From Octopus sinensis (taxonomy: Eukaryota), in the NCBI RefSeq assembly GCF_006345805.1, contig NC_042999.1:43834001-43898000 (forward strand): DNA of 64,000 nucleotides, written 5' to 3'. A program made the translations under genes and the position numbers. This document shows positions 37,062 through 49,270 of the stretch, in pieces. The number at the start of each line of letters is the position of its first letter. The first letter of the stretch is position 1. The notes beneath the pieces were generated by a model that was not told where the DNA came from, ran no database searches, and saw nothing but the letters and a program-made list of their open reading frames with translations.

Positions 37062-37440
37062 TGGAGACGCAATGGCCCAGTGGTTAGGGCAGCGGACTCG
37101 CGGTTGTAGGATCGCGGTTCAATTCCCAGACCGGGCGTTGTGAGTGTTTATTGAGCGAAAACACCTAAAGCTCTACGAGGCTCCGGCAGGGGATGGTGGT
37201 GATCCCTGCTGTACTCTTTCACCACAACTTTCTCTCACTCTTTCTTCCTGTTTCTGTTGTACCTGTATTTCAAAGGGCCGGCCTTGTCACTCTCTGTGTC
37301 ACGCTGAATATCCCCGAGAACTACGTTAAGGGTACACGTGTCTGTGGAGTGCTCAGCCACTTACACGTTAATTTCACGAGCAGGCTGTTCCGTTGGTCGG
37401 ATCAACCGGAACCCTCATCGTCGTAACCGACGGAGTGCTT
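37062..37440 (+). mobile_element. SINE group C, tail X
   Basis: Near-identical to 59867-60246. Confidence 0.9.
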
Positions 37441-38227
37441 CCAAAAAAAAAAAAAAAACACATTACCTCTAAGTATAATAATGTTCTCAACTTTTTCAAA
37501 GACATTAGTGTCGTAAGTGAAATGATATCCCTTCAACAGCAAAATCGCTGTATTGCCTTGTCAGCTGCTTTACATCTTACGACTCTATGCTGTGAGAGTA
37601 ATACATTTGGTTGTCAGATAAGTTCGTTAATTTTTTTCTTCTTATTCCTTGGCACTTCATCGTCAGAAAAGATGTAAAATTTATTCAAATATCAAAAACG
37701 ATAAACATATATTGTAGAGGAAAAATAAAGTTGAAAGAAAGAAAGAAAGCTACGATAAAAATACTTTTTGTGATAATTCAAGTAATATTGGAAATAATTA
37801 GAATAAATTGATGGAGGTGAAAGAGCTGCCACCCGTCCTCTTCCTCAGATGTTTACTCTTACGAAATATAGAAAAAAGAAAAAGGAGAAAACCTATCAGG
37901 ATTTCAAATTCATTATCTTTCATATAATCTTGAATAATTCAATCATATAATTACATGTTCGATTGTTACATATATTACACAGATTTCGAGAACCTCCTCT
38001 CTGAAGAGATAAACGGAAGATTAACCAAGGATTATGACACTGGGGGAGGAGAATTTTGTAAGTTAGCCCTCATAGCTATTATTTCAAAATGCGGTCAACT
38101 TATTCTTAACTTTATTTATTTATTTGCTTCATTTTTTGTATCCACGTTAGCTGTGGTCGAGTGGTTAGAGATGAGAAATATATACAAATAGTTGTATGTA
38201 TGTGTGTGTATATATATATATATATAT

Positions 38228-38509
38228 ATCACGTGACCGACCAGACCATCAGATGTTGTTACACATCGCTGGTCACAATCCGTTCGCATTGTTTTAGCCC
38301 CGCTAGCTAAGCGAGCAGGCCAACAGAAGGAAGAGTGGGAGAAAGAGTGGTGAAAGAGTACAGCAGGGATCACCCACCCCCTGCTGGAGCCTCGTGGAGT
38401 TTTTAGGTGTTTTCGCTCAATAAACACTCACAACACCTGGCCTGGGAATCGAAACCGCGATCCTATGACCGCGAGTCCGCTGCCCTAACCACTGGACCAT
38501 TGCGCCTCC
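38228..38509 (-). mobile_element. SINE group C, tail Y (ends CACGTGAT)
   Basis: Tail homologous to 44631-44760. Confidence 0.85.
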
Positions 38510-38536
38510 ACACACACACACACACCACACACACAC

Positions 38537-38602
<66 letters not shown>

Positions 38603-39239
38603 GCGTGGAGGCGCGTAGCTTAGTGGTTAGGGTGTCAGCACCATTTTAGTAGTTTTGACTTTAAGAGTCCCTCCTAGCGTGTGGCATTTATGTGTAATAA
38701 TGCCCCCTATATAATATAAACAAATATATTTAAGTGAAAAAATTGATGGATTTTTTCTCTTATGAGGTTTTTCCCGCTAACTACTTGATAAATTCTTATG
38801 AAGATTTTATCCTATTTTTAAATTGTAAATTTAACCAGAGTATATCCAATACTGAATTTTTATTCCGAATAACCACGTTGTTACCGAAATGCAATTCGAA
38901 AAAGCCCGTCATTTACATAGATGTATAAAGGGTAAACATTTCTACATGCTGCGTTGGATGCGATGGTTGTTCGCCTGGTATGTTGTTTTTGTTCATTCAT
39001 TATAAATCTTGAATTATGCTTGCACTGAGGAGTAAAGAGTACATACCATTGCACTGATTACGAAATCACAGTGTGATATGCAGCTGAATTCTGTTTTTAA
39101 ATGACTTGCTTCGAGAGTTGGTTTCGGTACGATATGTTTATTTATTTTAGTAGTTTTGACTTTAAGAGTCCCTCCTAGCGTATGGCATTTATGTTTGATA
39201 ATGCCCTCTATATAATATATGTATGTGTGTGTGTGTGTA

Positions 39240-39540
39240 TATATATATGTATATACGACAGGCTTCTTTCAGTTTCCGTCTATCAAATCCATTCGCAAGG
39301 TTTTTGGTCGGCTCGAGTTACAGTAGAAGACACTTGCCCAATGTGTCACGCAGTGGGACTGAACCCGGAAGTACGTGGTCGGGAAGCAAGCTATCATGCG
39401 ACACAATCACGGTTATGCCTCCATCAGCTAGAAATTTTAAGGAGAAGGGGTAAGACGATTATATCGATTCCAGTGCTCAACCGGAACTTATACTACCGAG
39501 CCGGAGGATGAAAGGCCAAGTCGACCTCAGCAGAATTTTA
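39240..39540 (-). mobile_element. Degenerate SINE A 5' part plus SINE B fragment
   Basis: Alignment by eye to A and B consensus. Confidence 0.65.
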
Positions 39541-39572
39541 ATAATTCCTGACCCATGGTGATTATTATACAC

Positions 39573-39741
39573 AGCAGGAGTGGCTGTGTGGTAAGTATCT
39601 TGCTTACCAACCACATGGTTCCGGGTTCAGTCCCACTGCGTGGCACCTTGGGCAAGTGTCTTCTACTATAGCCTGGGGCCCACCAAAGCCTTGTGAGTGG
39701 ATTTGGTAGACGGAAACTGAAAGAAGCCCGTCGTATATATG

Positions 39742-39782
<41 letters not shown>

Positions 39783-39967
39783 ATCTGTTTGTCCCCCAAC
39801 ATCGCTTGACAACCGATGGTGGTGTGTTTACGTCCCCGTAACTTAGCGGTTTGGCAAAAAGAGTCTGATACAAAGAATAAGTCCTGGGGTCGATTTGTTC
39901 GACTAAAAGGCGGTGCTCCAGCATGGTCACAGTCACATGACTGAAACAAGTAAAAGAGTAAAGAGTA
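39573..39967 (+). mobile_element. SINE group A
   Basis: GCAGGAGTGGCTGTGTGG...GTAAAAGAGTAAAGAG. Confidence 0.9.
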
Positions 39968-40116
39968 ACCCACCCCTATTACTGACACGTAGCGTTTCTG
40001 AAAATCTTACCGTAACGTGGAATTCTGTAATACGAAAAATATTTTCTCATTGAGTTCTATGTTCATTGAATTCTCCACGTTAACCATGAACGTAAACGCG
40101 ATGGTTTACTCTTACC

Positions 40117-40121
<5 letters not shown>

Positions 40122-40151
<30 letters not shown>

Positions 40152-40240
40152 ATCATCATCATCATCAGCATCATCATCATCGTCATCATCATCATCGTCG
40201 TCATCATCATCATCATCATCAGCATCATCATCATCATCAG

Positions 40241-40275
<35 letters not shown>

Positions 40276-40765
40276 CACCACGACCTCAACCATCATCATA
40301 TTCTTATCTTCTTTTTTTAAGTGATTCGATTCTATGTAAATCCTCACGTTTTTTTATCGTCCCCTTAATTGCTGGTCAGGTGGTAAATAATAATTATCAC
40401 CGTCATCATCGTCGTTCGTCATCGTCATCATCATGGCCATGATCATCATCCTCCTCCTCATCATCATCATCATTGTCGTTGTTTTCGTTGTCATCGTCGT
40501 TCGTCATCGTCATCATCATGGCCATGATCATCATCATCATCATCATTGTCGTTGTTTTCGTTGTCATCGTCGTTCGTCATCGTCATCATCATGGCCATGA
40601 TGATGATGATGATCATCATCATCATTGTCGTTGTTTTCGTTGTCATCGTTGTTGTCATCGTCATAACCTCCTCCTCCTCCTCATCATCATCATCGTCGTC
40701 GTCGTCGTCATTGTTAAGGCTCTCGCCATAATATATTTTCATTATTATTGTTATTATTATTATTA
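40122..40765. repeat. (CAT)n/(CGT)n/(ATT)n trinucleotide field with higher-order ~70-85-bp unit
   Basis: CATCGTCGTTCGTCATCGTCATCATCATGGCCATGAT occurs three times (~40407, ~40493, ~40565). Confidence 0.9.
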
Positions 40766-41009
40766 TTGCATTTCACATTTCTAGGGCATTAATCTTCTCC
40801 AGGCAAGCAGAACAAAAAGCAACAACAGAATGGGATAAGAGAGTGTAAGGGGATTCGGGATGGTGAGGAATGTAGGAAATCGTGTCAGGAACTGGTAGAG
40901 GAATAATACAGAGAGGGGCGAAGATGTGAAGGAATTTTCTCCTATGACGAGTCACACATGTTTTGTTCCCTTATTGTTGATGGATTACACATCACCGAAA
41001 TACAACAGT

Positions 41010-41255
41010 CTCCCTCTCTCTCTTTCACTCTCTCTCTCTCTCTTTCACTCTCTCTCTCTCTCTTTCTCTTTCTCCTTTTCTCTCTCTCTCTCTCTCTCTC
41101 CCTCCTTCTCTCTCTCTCTCCTCCTTCTCTCTCTCTCCCTCCTTCTCTCTCTCTCCTCCTTCTCTCTCTCTCCCTCCTTCTCTCTCTCTCCCTCCTCTCT
41201 CTCCCTCATTCTCTCTCTCACTCACTCTCTCTCTCTCTCACACACACACACACAG
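41010..41255. repeat. (CT)n pyrimidine tract plus (CA)n
   Basis: Direct reading. Confidence 0.95.
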
Positions 41256-41535
41256 ACAAGGTTTTATTAATACAACAAATATCTTCCGGCAGGGCAACTT
41301 GTAGCGAGATTTTCAATGAATGCTTTGTAACAGTGTGAATATATGGCTTGTGGTCGTCGTAGTTATGGTGATGGTGATGATTATAATGATGATGATGGTG
41401 ATGGTGATGGTGGTAGTTGTGTAGGTGGAGGGGGGGAGAACATAGTCCCTGTATATGTTCGGTGAAAGAAAGGAAGGGAAGCGTAAATGGGAAGAAGCTG
41501 GAACTTGAGGAAAGGGTGAGGACACGATAAACAGA

Positions 41536-41585
<50 letters not shown>

Positions 41586-43033
41586 AGAGAGAAAGAAGTG
41601 GGGGGAGTAGAGAGTCAGGACTTTGTGAGAATTGGCGGCTGGTGTTGATATTAGGGAATATGACTAAACTGTAACAGTTCGCTCTGACTGGTCGACCATT
41701 GTGTGTCTCATTATTTCTGAGACTTATTTAAACACCCACCACTATCATACACATACATACGCACACGCACAGACACATATACACTCACGCACGCACGCAT
41801 GCATGCGCGCGCTCATGCGATGAGAGACATGAGACATTCTACATGACGGCCCGTTCTGCTAGAAATAGTAGCTAAATCGCCCTTAAAATTGTCTTGGCAA
41901 AAAAAGACGACACGTTGGATAATGTAGTTCTGGAGTTTCCCCTGATTGGAAAACTCTGGATGGTCACGAATGGGAAAGCCTTTATCAGAGTTGACCTGGA
42001 ACTAAAAAATAACAACAACGGATAGCGATTTTGAAAAAAAAAATGCCACTTGAACAATAGCAATTATCATGAAAAACGAAATATGAATGATTTGTACATG
42101 CCCCATGAAAAAAAAAAAAAAAAAAACGAAATACGAAAATACCGGGAAAATTTTTTAAATAAAACAAAAATAAACTGCTGCAGACGATAATGACTAATAA
42201 CAATGTTACTATATTTTTCTCCTTTCTTTTCTTCATCGCAAAAATTGTATCACTTAATGGCGTCTCAGAAGGGGTGACAGCGCTTCCGACTAGCATAGTT
42301 ATTGATTAAAATGGGCGACTTGTGAGATTATCTCGAAGGCTGAATTTCCTTCTCTTTTATATCTTCTTCACTCTTTCAACTTTGGCAGATAGGGAGGAGG
42401 GTGTCGTTTTGTTATTCGTCATCCAAGAATTAGATTTTGGAGAACGAAACTCTAAATAAACACAAAGTAATGCACACTTTGAAGTTTCGTCATGCAATTA
42501 TAAATTCCTATAGAGTTAGTCGTTCATTGCCAGTAGTCTGCTGCAGATATCATAAAAGAAAAACAAAAACAGGTTATTGTTAAACGTAGAAAAGGGGATA
42601 AATGTGAAAATTACTTAGAATAAACGTCATCTCACTTAATAACAACCATTTAGTGTGTTTAATAAAGAAGGTAAGAAAATGTTTATAGAGAATTCAGCGT
42701 TTTTCTTCCAAACAGAACACGCACTGCGATCCTAATCTAAAAACACATTTTAATGTGAGAAGCACATTTTCTCAAATAAACTGTGAGAAATCACTACAAT
42801 TTCTACTCTATTTTGTAATCGTTCCGTTTTCGTTTGGTAGGGATTGTGAGGGGTGCGCTAACCCTAACACACACACACACATCTTATCTCATGCTGGCAT
42901 CCTGTTTCCTCCTATGCCCTTTTAGGCAAAATGAACAATATCAGTTCGACTACTGTTATTGAAGCAAATAGGGAACAGCGGTTAAACACTTGTTAATAAA
43001 TGTAAACGAAACATGTTTGAATGTTTTTTTTTT

Positions 43034-43440
43034 TTTACTCTTTTACTTGTTTCAGTAAATTTGACTGCGGCCATGCTGGAGCACCGCCTTTATTCGAGCA
43101 AATCGACCCCAGGACTTATTCTTTCTTTGTAAGCCTTGTACTTATTCTATCGGTCTCTTTTGCTGAACCGCTAAGTTACGGGGGACGTAAACACACCAGC
43201 ATCGGTTGTCAAGCGATATTGGGGGGGGGAGCACAGACACACAAACATATACACACACATACATATACATATATAGAGAGAGACAGGCTTCTTTTCAGTT
43301 TCTGTCTACCAAATCCACTCACAAGGCTTTGGTCGGCCCGAGGCTATAGTAGGAGACACTTGCCCAAGGTTCCACGCAGTGGGACTGAACCCAGAACCAT
43401 GTGGTGGGTAAGCAAGCTACTTACCACGCAGCCACTCCTA
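43034..43440 (-). mobile_element. SINE group A
   Basis: Reverse complement of consensus. Confidence 0.9.
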
Positions 43441-44064
43441 TTTGATATATTTGATGACTGGGCAATTTATTTGCCATAAATAACCAAATAGATACATACA
43501 TTCTGAAAACGATGTTTATTTCAACTAGGAAGTCATTTCGAGCGTCTGATGGTTGAATTAAGTGCCACAGTTTTGTAATCTGCTACTCTGTCAGAATATT
43601 AAATTTCTTTTGTTGTTGCAGTGGGTATGCGCAGAAATTTGCTTCCTTTATCTTTGTCATTTACTTGTTTCACTCGTTGGCCTGCTGCTATGCTGGGGCA
43701 CAGCCTTGAAGGGTTTCGTCGAATAAATCGAACTCAGTAACTATTTGTAAAGTCTGGTACTTTTTTTGTCTGAATCTGTTTGCCGAGCCGCTACGTTACA
43801 GGGACGCAAACAAACCAGCATCGGTTGTCAAGCAGTGCTGGGAGCCAAGCACAAACACACATATACATTGTTTAATGTCGGACGAATGAGAAAGGGATGC
43901 TCAATACGGTTTTTTCTTTATTCTATTATTTAAAACTGAAGCTGAAGTTTGTCTCGTAAATCGAGTTTCACGTTACTGAAGATCGTAGGGGCCTGAAACT
44001 CTAGTTGTGGGATAAACTCTCAGTATCAGTTTTAAGTATTAAAAAAGGAAAAAAGTTATATATA

Positions 44065-44111
<47 letters not shown>

Positions 44112-44420
44112 ATAAATTAAGAAATGGAGTTAAACAGAGGTGTTATTCAAATTTTTATACTTCCAATATATGTTTCGAAGAAAACATTGGTATAATTCCT
44201 GAGGGAATAAAATTATGTAAAACAATGTAATCATCTCGTCAGGGAAATTAAAATGGTTTATTGATGTGTTTTGTTTCTCTTTTTTTCCCTGACGAGATGA
44301 TTACATTGTTTTACATCATTTTATTCCCTCGGGAATAATACCAATGTTTTCTTCGAAACATATGTCGGAAGTATAAAAGATTTGAATAACACCTGCGTTT
44401 AACTTCATTCCTTAATTTAC
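44112..44420. mobile_element. Fold-back PLE terminal-repeat pair with divergent HHRs (family F1)
   Basis: Arms of ~135 bp are near-perfect inverted copies, homologous to 20450-20570. Confidence 0.85.
44285..44370 (+). ncRNA. Type I hammerhead ribozyme with canonical core
   Basis: TTCC-CTGACGA-[GATGATTACATTG...CAATGTTTTCTTC]-GAAAC-ATAT-GTC-GGAA. The left-arm copy (44161-44246, minus) has GTC changed to ATT. Confidence 0.82.
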
Positions 44421-44630
44421 CTATATTATACAAAAACATTTCACTAAACCCTAGAACTCCTACCTTTATAAGTAGGCTGTAACATCCTTGGCACTTATGT
44501 GAATTTTTGCTACCCTGGTAACTATTTATTTATATTTTCCGTGTTATTTGTATACATTGAAAAAATACACATACATACATACATACACACATACATACAC
44601 ACACACACGCACACACACATATATATATAT

Positions 44631-44941
44631 ATCACGTGATCACGTGACCGACCAGGTTATCAGATGTTGCTGCGCATCGCTGGTCACAATGCGCTTCGCA
44701 TTGTTTTAGCTTTCAAATGACGCCACCCCGCTGGCTAAGCGAGCAGGCCTACAGAAGAAAGAGTGAGAGAAAGTTGTGGCGAAAGAGTACAGCAGGGATC
44801 ACCACCACCCCCTGCCGGAGCCTCGTGGAGCTTTAGGTGATTTCGCTCAATAAACGCTCACAACGCCCGGTCTGGGAATCGAAACCGCGATCCTACGACC
44901 TCGAGTCCGCTGCCCTAACCACTGGGCCATTGCGCCTCCAC
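44631..44941 (-). mobile_element. SINE group C, tail Y
   Basis: Head GGAGGCGCAATGGCCCAGTGG on the minus strand, tail ending GGTCACGTGATCACGTGAT. Confidence 0.9.
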
Positions 44942-44944
44942 ATA

Positions 44945-45200
44945 TTATTGGGGGCGCTTTATGGGGTTACTCTGGGTTTCTCGTCCATTAAGGGGTTGGT
45001 CCCTAAACCTGCTGGCAGCTAGGGCCTCGTTATAGTACGGGGCTGCTGCGTCGAAGGCTTTTTGGCTAGAAATCCTCGGAATCCTCTTACTAACATCTTT
45101 TACCAGGTTCTTGAATACAATGGGTGGGTGACAGGAGGCTGCCGATAGCCAAGATTGAAAGGAAACAATCGTTTACCATCGTTATTTTTGGTGACGGCAA
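44945..45200 (-). pseudogene. Penelope-like RT thumb fragment
   Basis: Manual translation SCHPPIVFKNLVKDVSKRIPRISSQKAFDAAAPYYNEALAASRF matches the PLE SNHPP...F..A...Y..AL..SG pattern (CHPP at 45122-45133). Confidence 0.7.
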
Positions 45201-45725
45201 GATGGCGGCGCGACCGGAAATCGATACCTTTAGCGAGGCATTTCCCCCTCCATGTTTTGACGAGGTCTTAGGCCAACAGGTTTGGGATCTAAGGCCTAAT
45301 CTAGGATAACCCCATAAACCGGTCTCCTCCATTATAATATTAACTGCTCTACATCGTAGCGTGTGCTTTTTCTCCGGATTTATGTTTTCCTACAAACGAT
45401 GTGTGTGTGTGTGTATGTCTGTTTTATATATATATAGTCCTGGCTGCAATGAATGGCTGAAACAAATAAAAGAACATACATACATACATATAGTCAGTTA
45501 ATCAGACACACAGATGGGCTTCCAGTCATATTCCATCTACTATATTCACTCACAAAGCTTTGATCGGCGCAGAGCCATAACAGGAGACACTTGTCCAACA
45601 TGCTGCGCAGTGTAAGTAAACCCGAAACTATGCCGTTTTAAAGTGGCCTTTTTAATCACCCAGCCATAATATATAGTTTGGCTTTGAAATCATTTAAACC
45701 GTCTGGTGAAAGAATTATGTACCTA

Positions 45726-45955
45726 TTTCTTTATTACCCACAAGGGGCCAAACATAGAGGGGACAAACAAGAACAGACATATGTATTAAGTCGATTACAT
45801 CGACCCCTGTGCGTAACTGGTACTTAATTTATCGACCCCGAAAGGATGAAAAGCAAAGTCGACCTCGGCGGAATTTGAACTCACAACGTAACGACAGACG
45901 AAATACAGCTACGCATTTTGCCCGGCGTGCTAACCTTTCTGCCAGCTCGCCGCCC
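45726..45955 (-). mobile_element. SINE group B (tail 2)
   Basis: Reverse complement of B consensus. Confidence 0.88.
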
Positions 45956-46012
45956 TTATGTACCGTAGTCATCCTAAACGAATTACTCTGCCAGCTACAA
46001 TCCCCCCCTCTT

Positions 46013-46092
<80 letters not shown>

Positions 46093-47096
46093 GTATATAA
46101 AGATTACAGAAAACAACGTAGTCAGTGATCATGCTTCATATAATGTACACGTGTTTCGTAAAACCGAAAAAACGTCAATTACACGAGCATAAAACTCAAT
46201 TACATGAAAAATGCTGCCAGCCTCATTCGTCGATATTACTCGGCAAATGCCGATATCAATATCTATCTAGCCATCTCTCTCTCTCACTCACTCACTCCCT
46301 CTCTCTCTCTCTCTCTGTCTATCTATCTGTGTGTGTATATATAAAAGCACAGTGCTATCCTTAAGACAGTGTCATAGCGCTAGTATTTAATTAATTTCAT
46401 TCAATTAACTAAAATTTATTGGCTTACGTCATTAGATATATTAGCTCTCACTTTACTGTTATGTCTTCATGTAGCAGACATTGTTGGGGATCTTTCCCAG
46501 ACAATTCTTTTAAGTTATAACACCACTGTATATTCATTCTCAAGTTTATTTTATATTTCTCAAGTCATATAAGAACAGTAATAAAGAGTAGAGCAACCAG
46601 TGATTCTCAAAATTATTCTGACCACATTTTTTCGATCATCCCCTCCCAGCACACATACAACGAAAGCAGCACTTCCTTGACGTTAGATCAGCAGCAAATG
46701 AACAACAACAACCACAACAATAACAATAACAACAACAAATTTAACATTAGAATCAAGCCTATGCCTTTCACAAATAAAATCAAACCTAATACGCACCAAC
46801 GTATTTAGGAATATGAAAGGGCAAATTTACATCCCACCTGTTTAACTACATTGTCTTCAGAATTTCGAAGGGACAGGTGTGCCTAGGGCAGAGATATCAA
46901 ATTCTCAACATCTGGTAGGACGAGTACAAGAAGTCTTTGATCACTGCATTTGATAAGTTTTGGTTTGTTTCTTTGTCTGGAACGAAGTTGGGTGACTTAA
47001 TTAAAGTCGCGCTCTATTGAATATAATCCTGGGAAGGCAATAAAGTATGTCTTGACTTGATTTTGTTCCACAGAGCAGGGAAGCGGTCAGAGACTA

Positions 47097-47158
<62 letters not shown>

Positions 47159-47461
47159 TATATATATATATATATATATAATCATTACAGATATAGGTTA
47201 AAGAATTATTAACTTAATAAATTAATGAATTTTACCAAGTAGTTTCGGTATGGAAAAGAACCATATTCGGTAAAAACTTATACAAAAAGTTTTTATTATA
47301 ATTATATATAATTAGTGGTTTGAGTTGTTTACTGCTCTTTCTAGCGCAAGGCTTTCCTATGATGGAAGCCTCTTAATGTGTTTTAATATTACTTATATAT
47401 ATATAACCCAAAATTATCATATATATTTCTGGTTTTATTGTTTTTTAAACTTTGATCTCAG

Positions 47462-48230
47462 TTAAATATCATTTTGCAATGAAGCCAATTCTTTCTCTGC
47501 TATTCTTGTTTTGTCTCTACTGATATCAAGGAATGAAGCGATCATCCCTTTTGTCATTATAAGCAACAAAAACAAAAAAGAAAGAAAAGAGATAGATAGA
47601 TAGATGGATAGACAGATAGATAGATTGATATATATAGAGAGAGAGGGAGAGACAGACAGACAGGGGAAGGAGAACTGAAATCTGTCGGATATGTCCCTTG
47701 GTAGCCCGCCAAGGGTGTGCGTAATGTCTGGCATGCTCTTCACCTTCAATTCAGAGAGACTCAGATATTTGAAGAGTTCACGACGAGATAAGGTACGTTT
47801 GAATAACTGCAACTTGGACAGAAACTTGGAACGTGATTTGGCTTTAAAAAAGTTAACCTCGTTTCCTTGCAATTGCAAACTGACTTTGTTGAATCTTATG
47901 AATGCATCTGACAAGTAAGCAGTGTTGTGCTTCATGTTTCTTTGTTAATTAAAGAGAACAGAATGGATGACTTGAAAGACTTCAACAACTGTTTCTAAAA
48001 AGTGGATAGAAACGACTCGGGCAATTTTCCATTGACAGCTAACACCTGTGTGCAACTAAAAATGTCAAAAATTTGCATTAATTTCAGTGCAAAGTTGTCG
48101 AGGTTGCCAGGAATGGGAAACATCTACAGCGGCCATTTCAAGAATTTTCTCAAGACAGTCAGGAATTTCACGGCATCTGTAGACGCTATAAATGAAAGCA
48201 TCTACACTTGCTTTCATAATTTAATTTGAA
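47462..48230 (-). pseudogene. hAT (Charlie/Buster-like) transposase fossil
   Basis: SRFYPLF...AYLSDAFIRFNKVSLQLQGNEVNFFKAK..FLSKLQLFKR...ELASLQND resembles the Buster/Charlie AYL.DIF..LN..NL.LQG segment. Interrupted by a GATA/GA tract. Confidence 0.7.
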
Positions 48231-48266
48231 AACTTTGATATTTTTATTTTTTATTTTACACAAATA

Positions 48267-48655
48267 GGCGTTGGAGTGGCTGTGTGGTAAGTAGCTCGCT
48301 TACCAACCACATGGTTCCGGGTTCAGTCCTACTGCGTGGTACCTTGGGTAAGTGTCTTCTACTATAGCCTCAGACCGACCAGAGCCTTGTGAGTGGATTT
48401 GGTAGACGGAAACTGAAAGAAACCCGTTGTATATATGTGTGTGTGTGTGTGTTTTTGTGTCTGTTTGTCGCCCCAACATCGCTTGACAACCGATGCTGAT
48501 GTGTTTATGTCCCCGTAACTTAGTGGTTCGGCAAAAAGAGACCGATATAATAAGTACAAGGCTTACAAAGAATAAGTCCTGGGGTCGATTTGCTCGACTA
48601 AAGGTGGTGCTCCAGCATGGCCACAGTCAAATGACTGAAACAAGTAAAAGAGTAA
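48267..48655 (+). mobile_element. SINE group A
   Basis: GGCGTTGGAGTGGCTGTGTGG...GTAAAAGAGTAAA. Confidence 0.9.
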
Positions 48656-48734
48656 ATGAATTTTAAATAGTAAATTTAGCCTCAAGAAACTATAAGATCA
48701 TACCTGTTAAAATAGTTTTCAAATGTTGACAGAA

Positions 48735-49270
48735 GACCAGCAATTTAGAGTGAAGGAGAAGTCGATAACACAGACCCCAGTTTTCAACTGGTACTTATTT
48801 TATCGACTCCAAAAGGATGTAAGCAAAGTCGACCTCAGCAGAATTTGAACTCAGAACGTAAAGACGGACGAAATACCTATTTCTTTACTACCCACAAGGG
48901 GATAAACACAGAGAGGACAAACAAGGACAGACAAACGGATTAAGTCGATTATATCGACTCAGTGCGTAACTGTTACTTATTTAATCGACTCCGAAAGGAT
49001 GAAAGGCAAAGTCGACCTCAGCAGAATTTGAACTCAGAACGTAAAGACGGACGAAATACCTATTTCTTTACTACCCACACAGAGGGGACAAACAAGGACA
49101 GACAAACGGATTAAGTCGACTCCAGTGCGTAACTGGTACTTAATTTATCGACCCCGAAAGGACGAAAAGCAAAGCCGACCTCGGCGGAATTTGAACTCAG
49201 AACGTTATGGCAGACGAAATACCGCTAAGCATTTTGCCCGGCGTACTAACGATTCTGTCTGCTCGCCCAC
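48735..49270 (-). mobile_element. SINE group B trimer: head-[body+tail2]x2-[body+tail1]
   Basis: Identical junction GAAATACC|TATTTCTTTACTACCCAC at 48877/48878 and 49060/49061. Confidence 0.88.

Noticed and set aside
40017-40784. Poly-His/Asp/Ser/Ile ORFs
   Set aside because: Frames of a (CAT)n repeat, with no flanking domain or splice support.
41985-42296. Minus ORF with basic plus hydrophobic stretch (MKKRKEKNIVTLLLVIIVCSSLFLFYL), like a type II anchor
   Set aside because: Continues into poly-T-derived FFFFFF and stops. Explained by AT-rich composition.
43972-44010. CTGAAGA...GAAACTCTAGTT
   Set aside because: Stems I and II do not pair. Kept only as a possible decayed hammerhead.
47229-47275. 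Minus-strand TTTTACC-GAATATGG..CCATACC-GAAAC-TACTT-GGTAAAA
   Set aside because: Good outer stem, but no CUGANGA core and no NUH. Possibly a decayed or variant HHR, but unsupported.
48735-49270. Regularly spaced direct repeats resembling a CRISPR array
   Set aside because: Eukaryotic SINE concatemer: no unique spacers and no cas genes.
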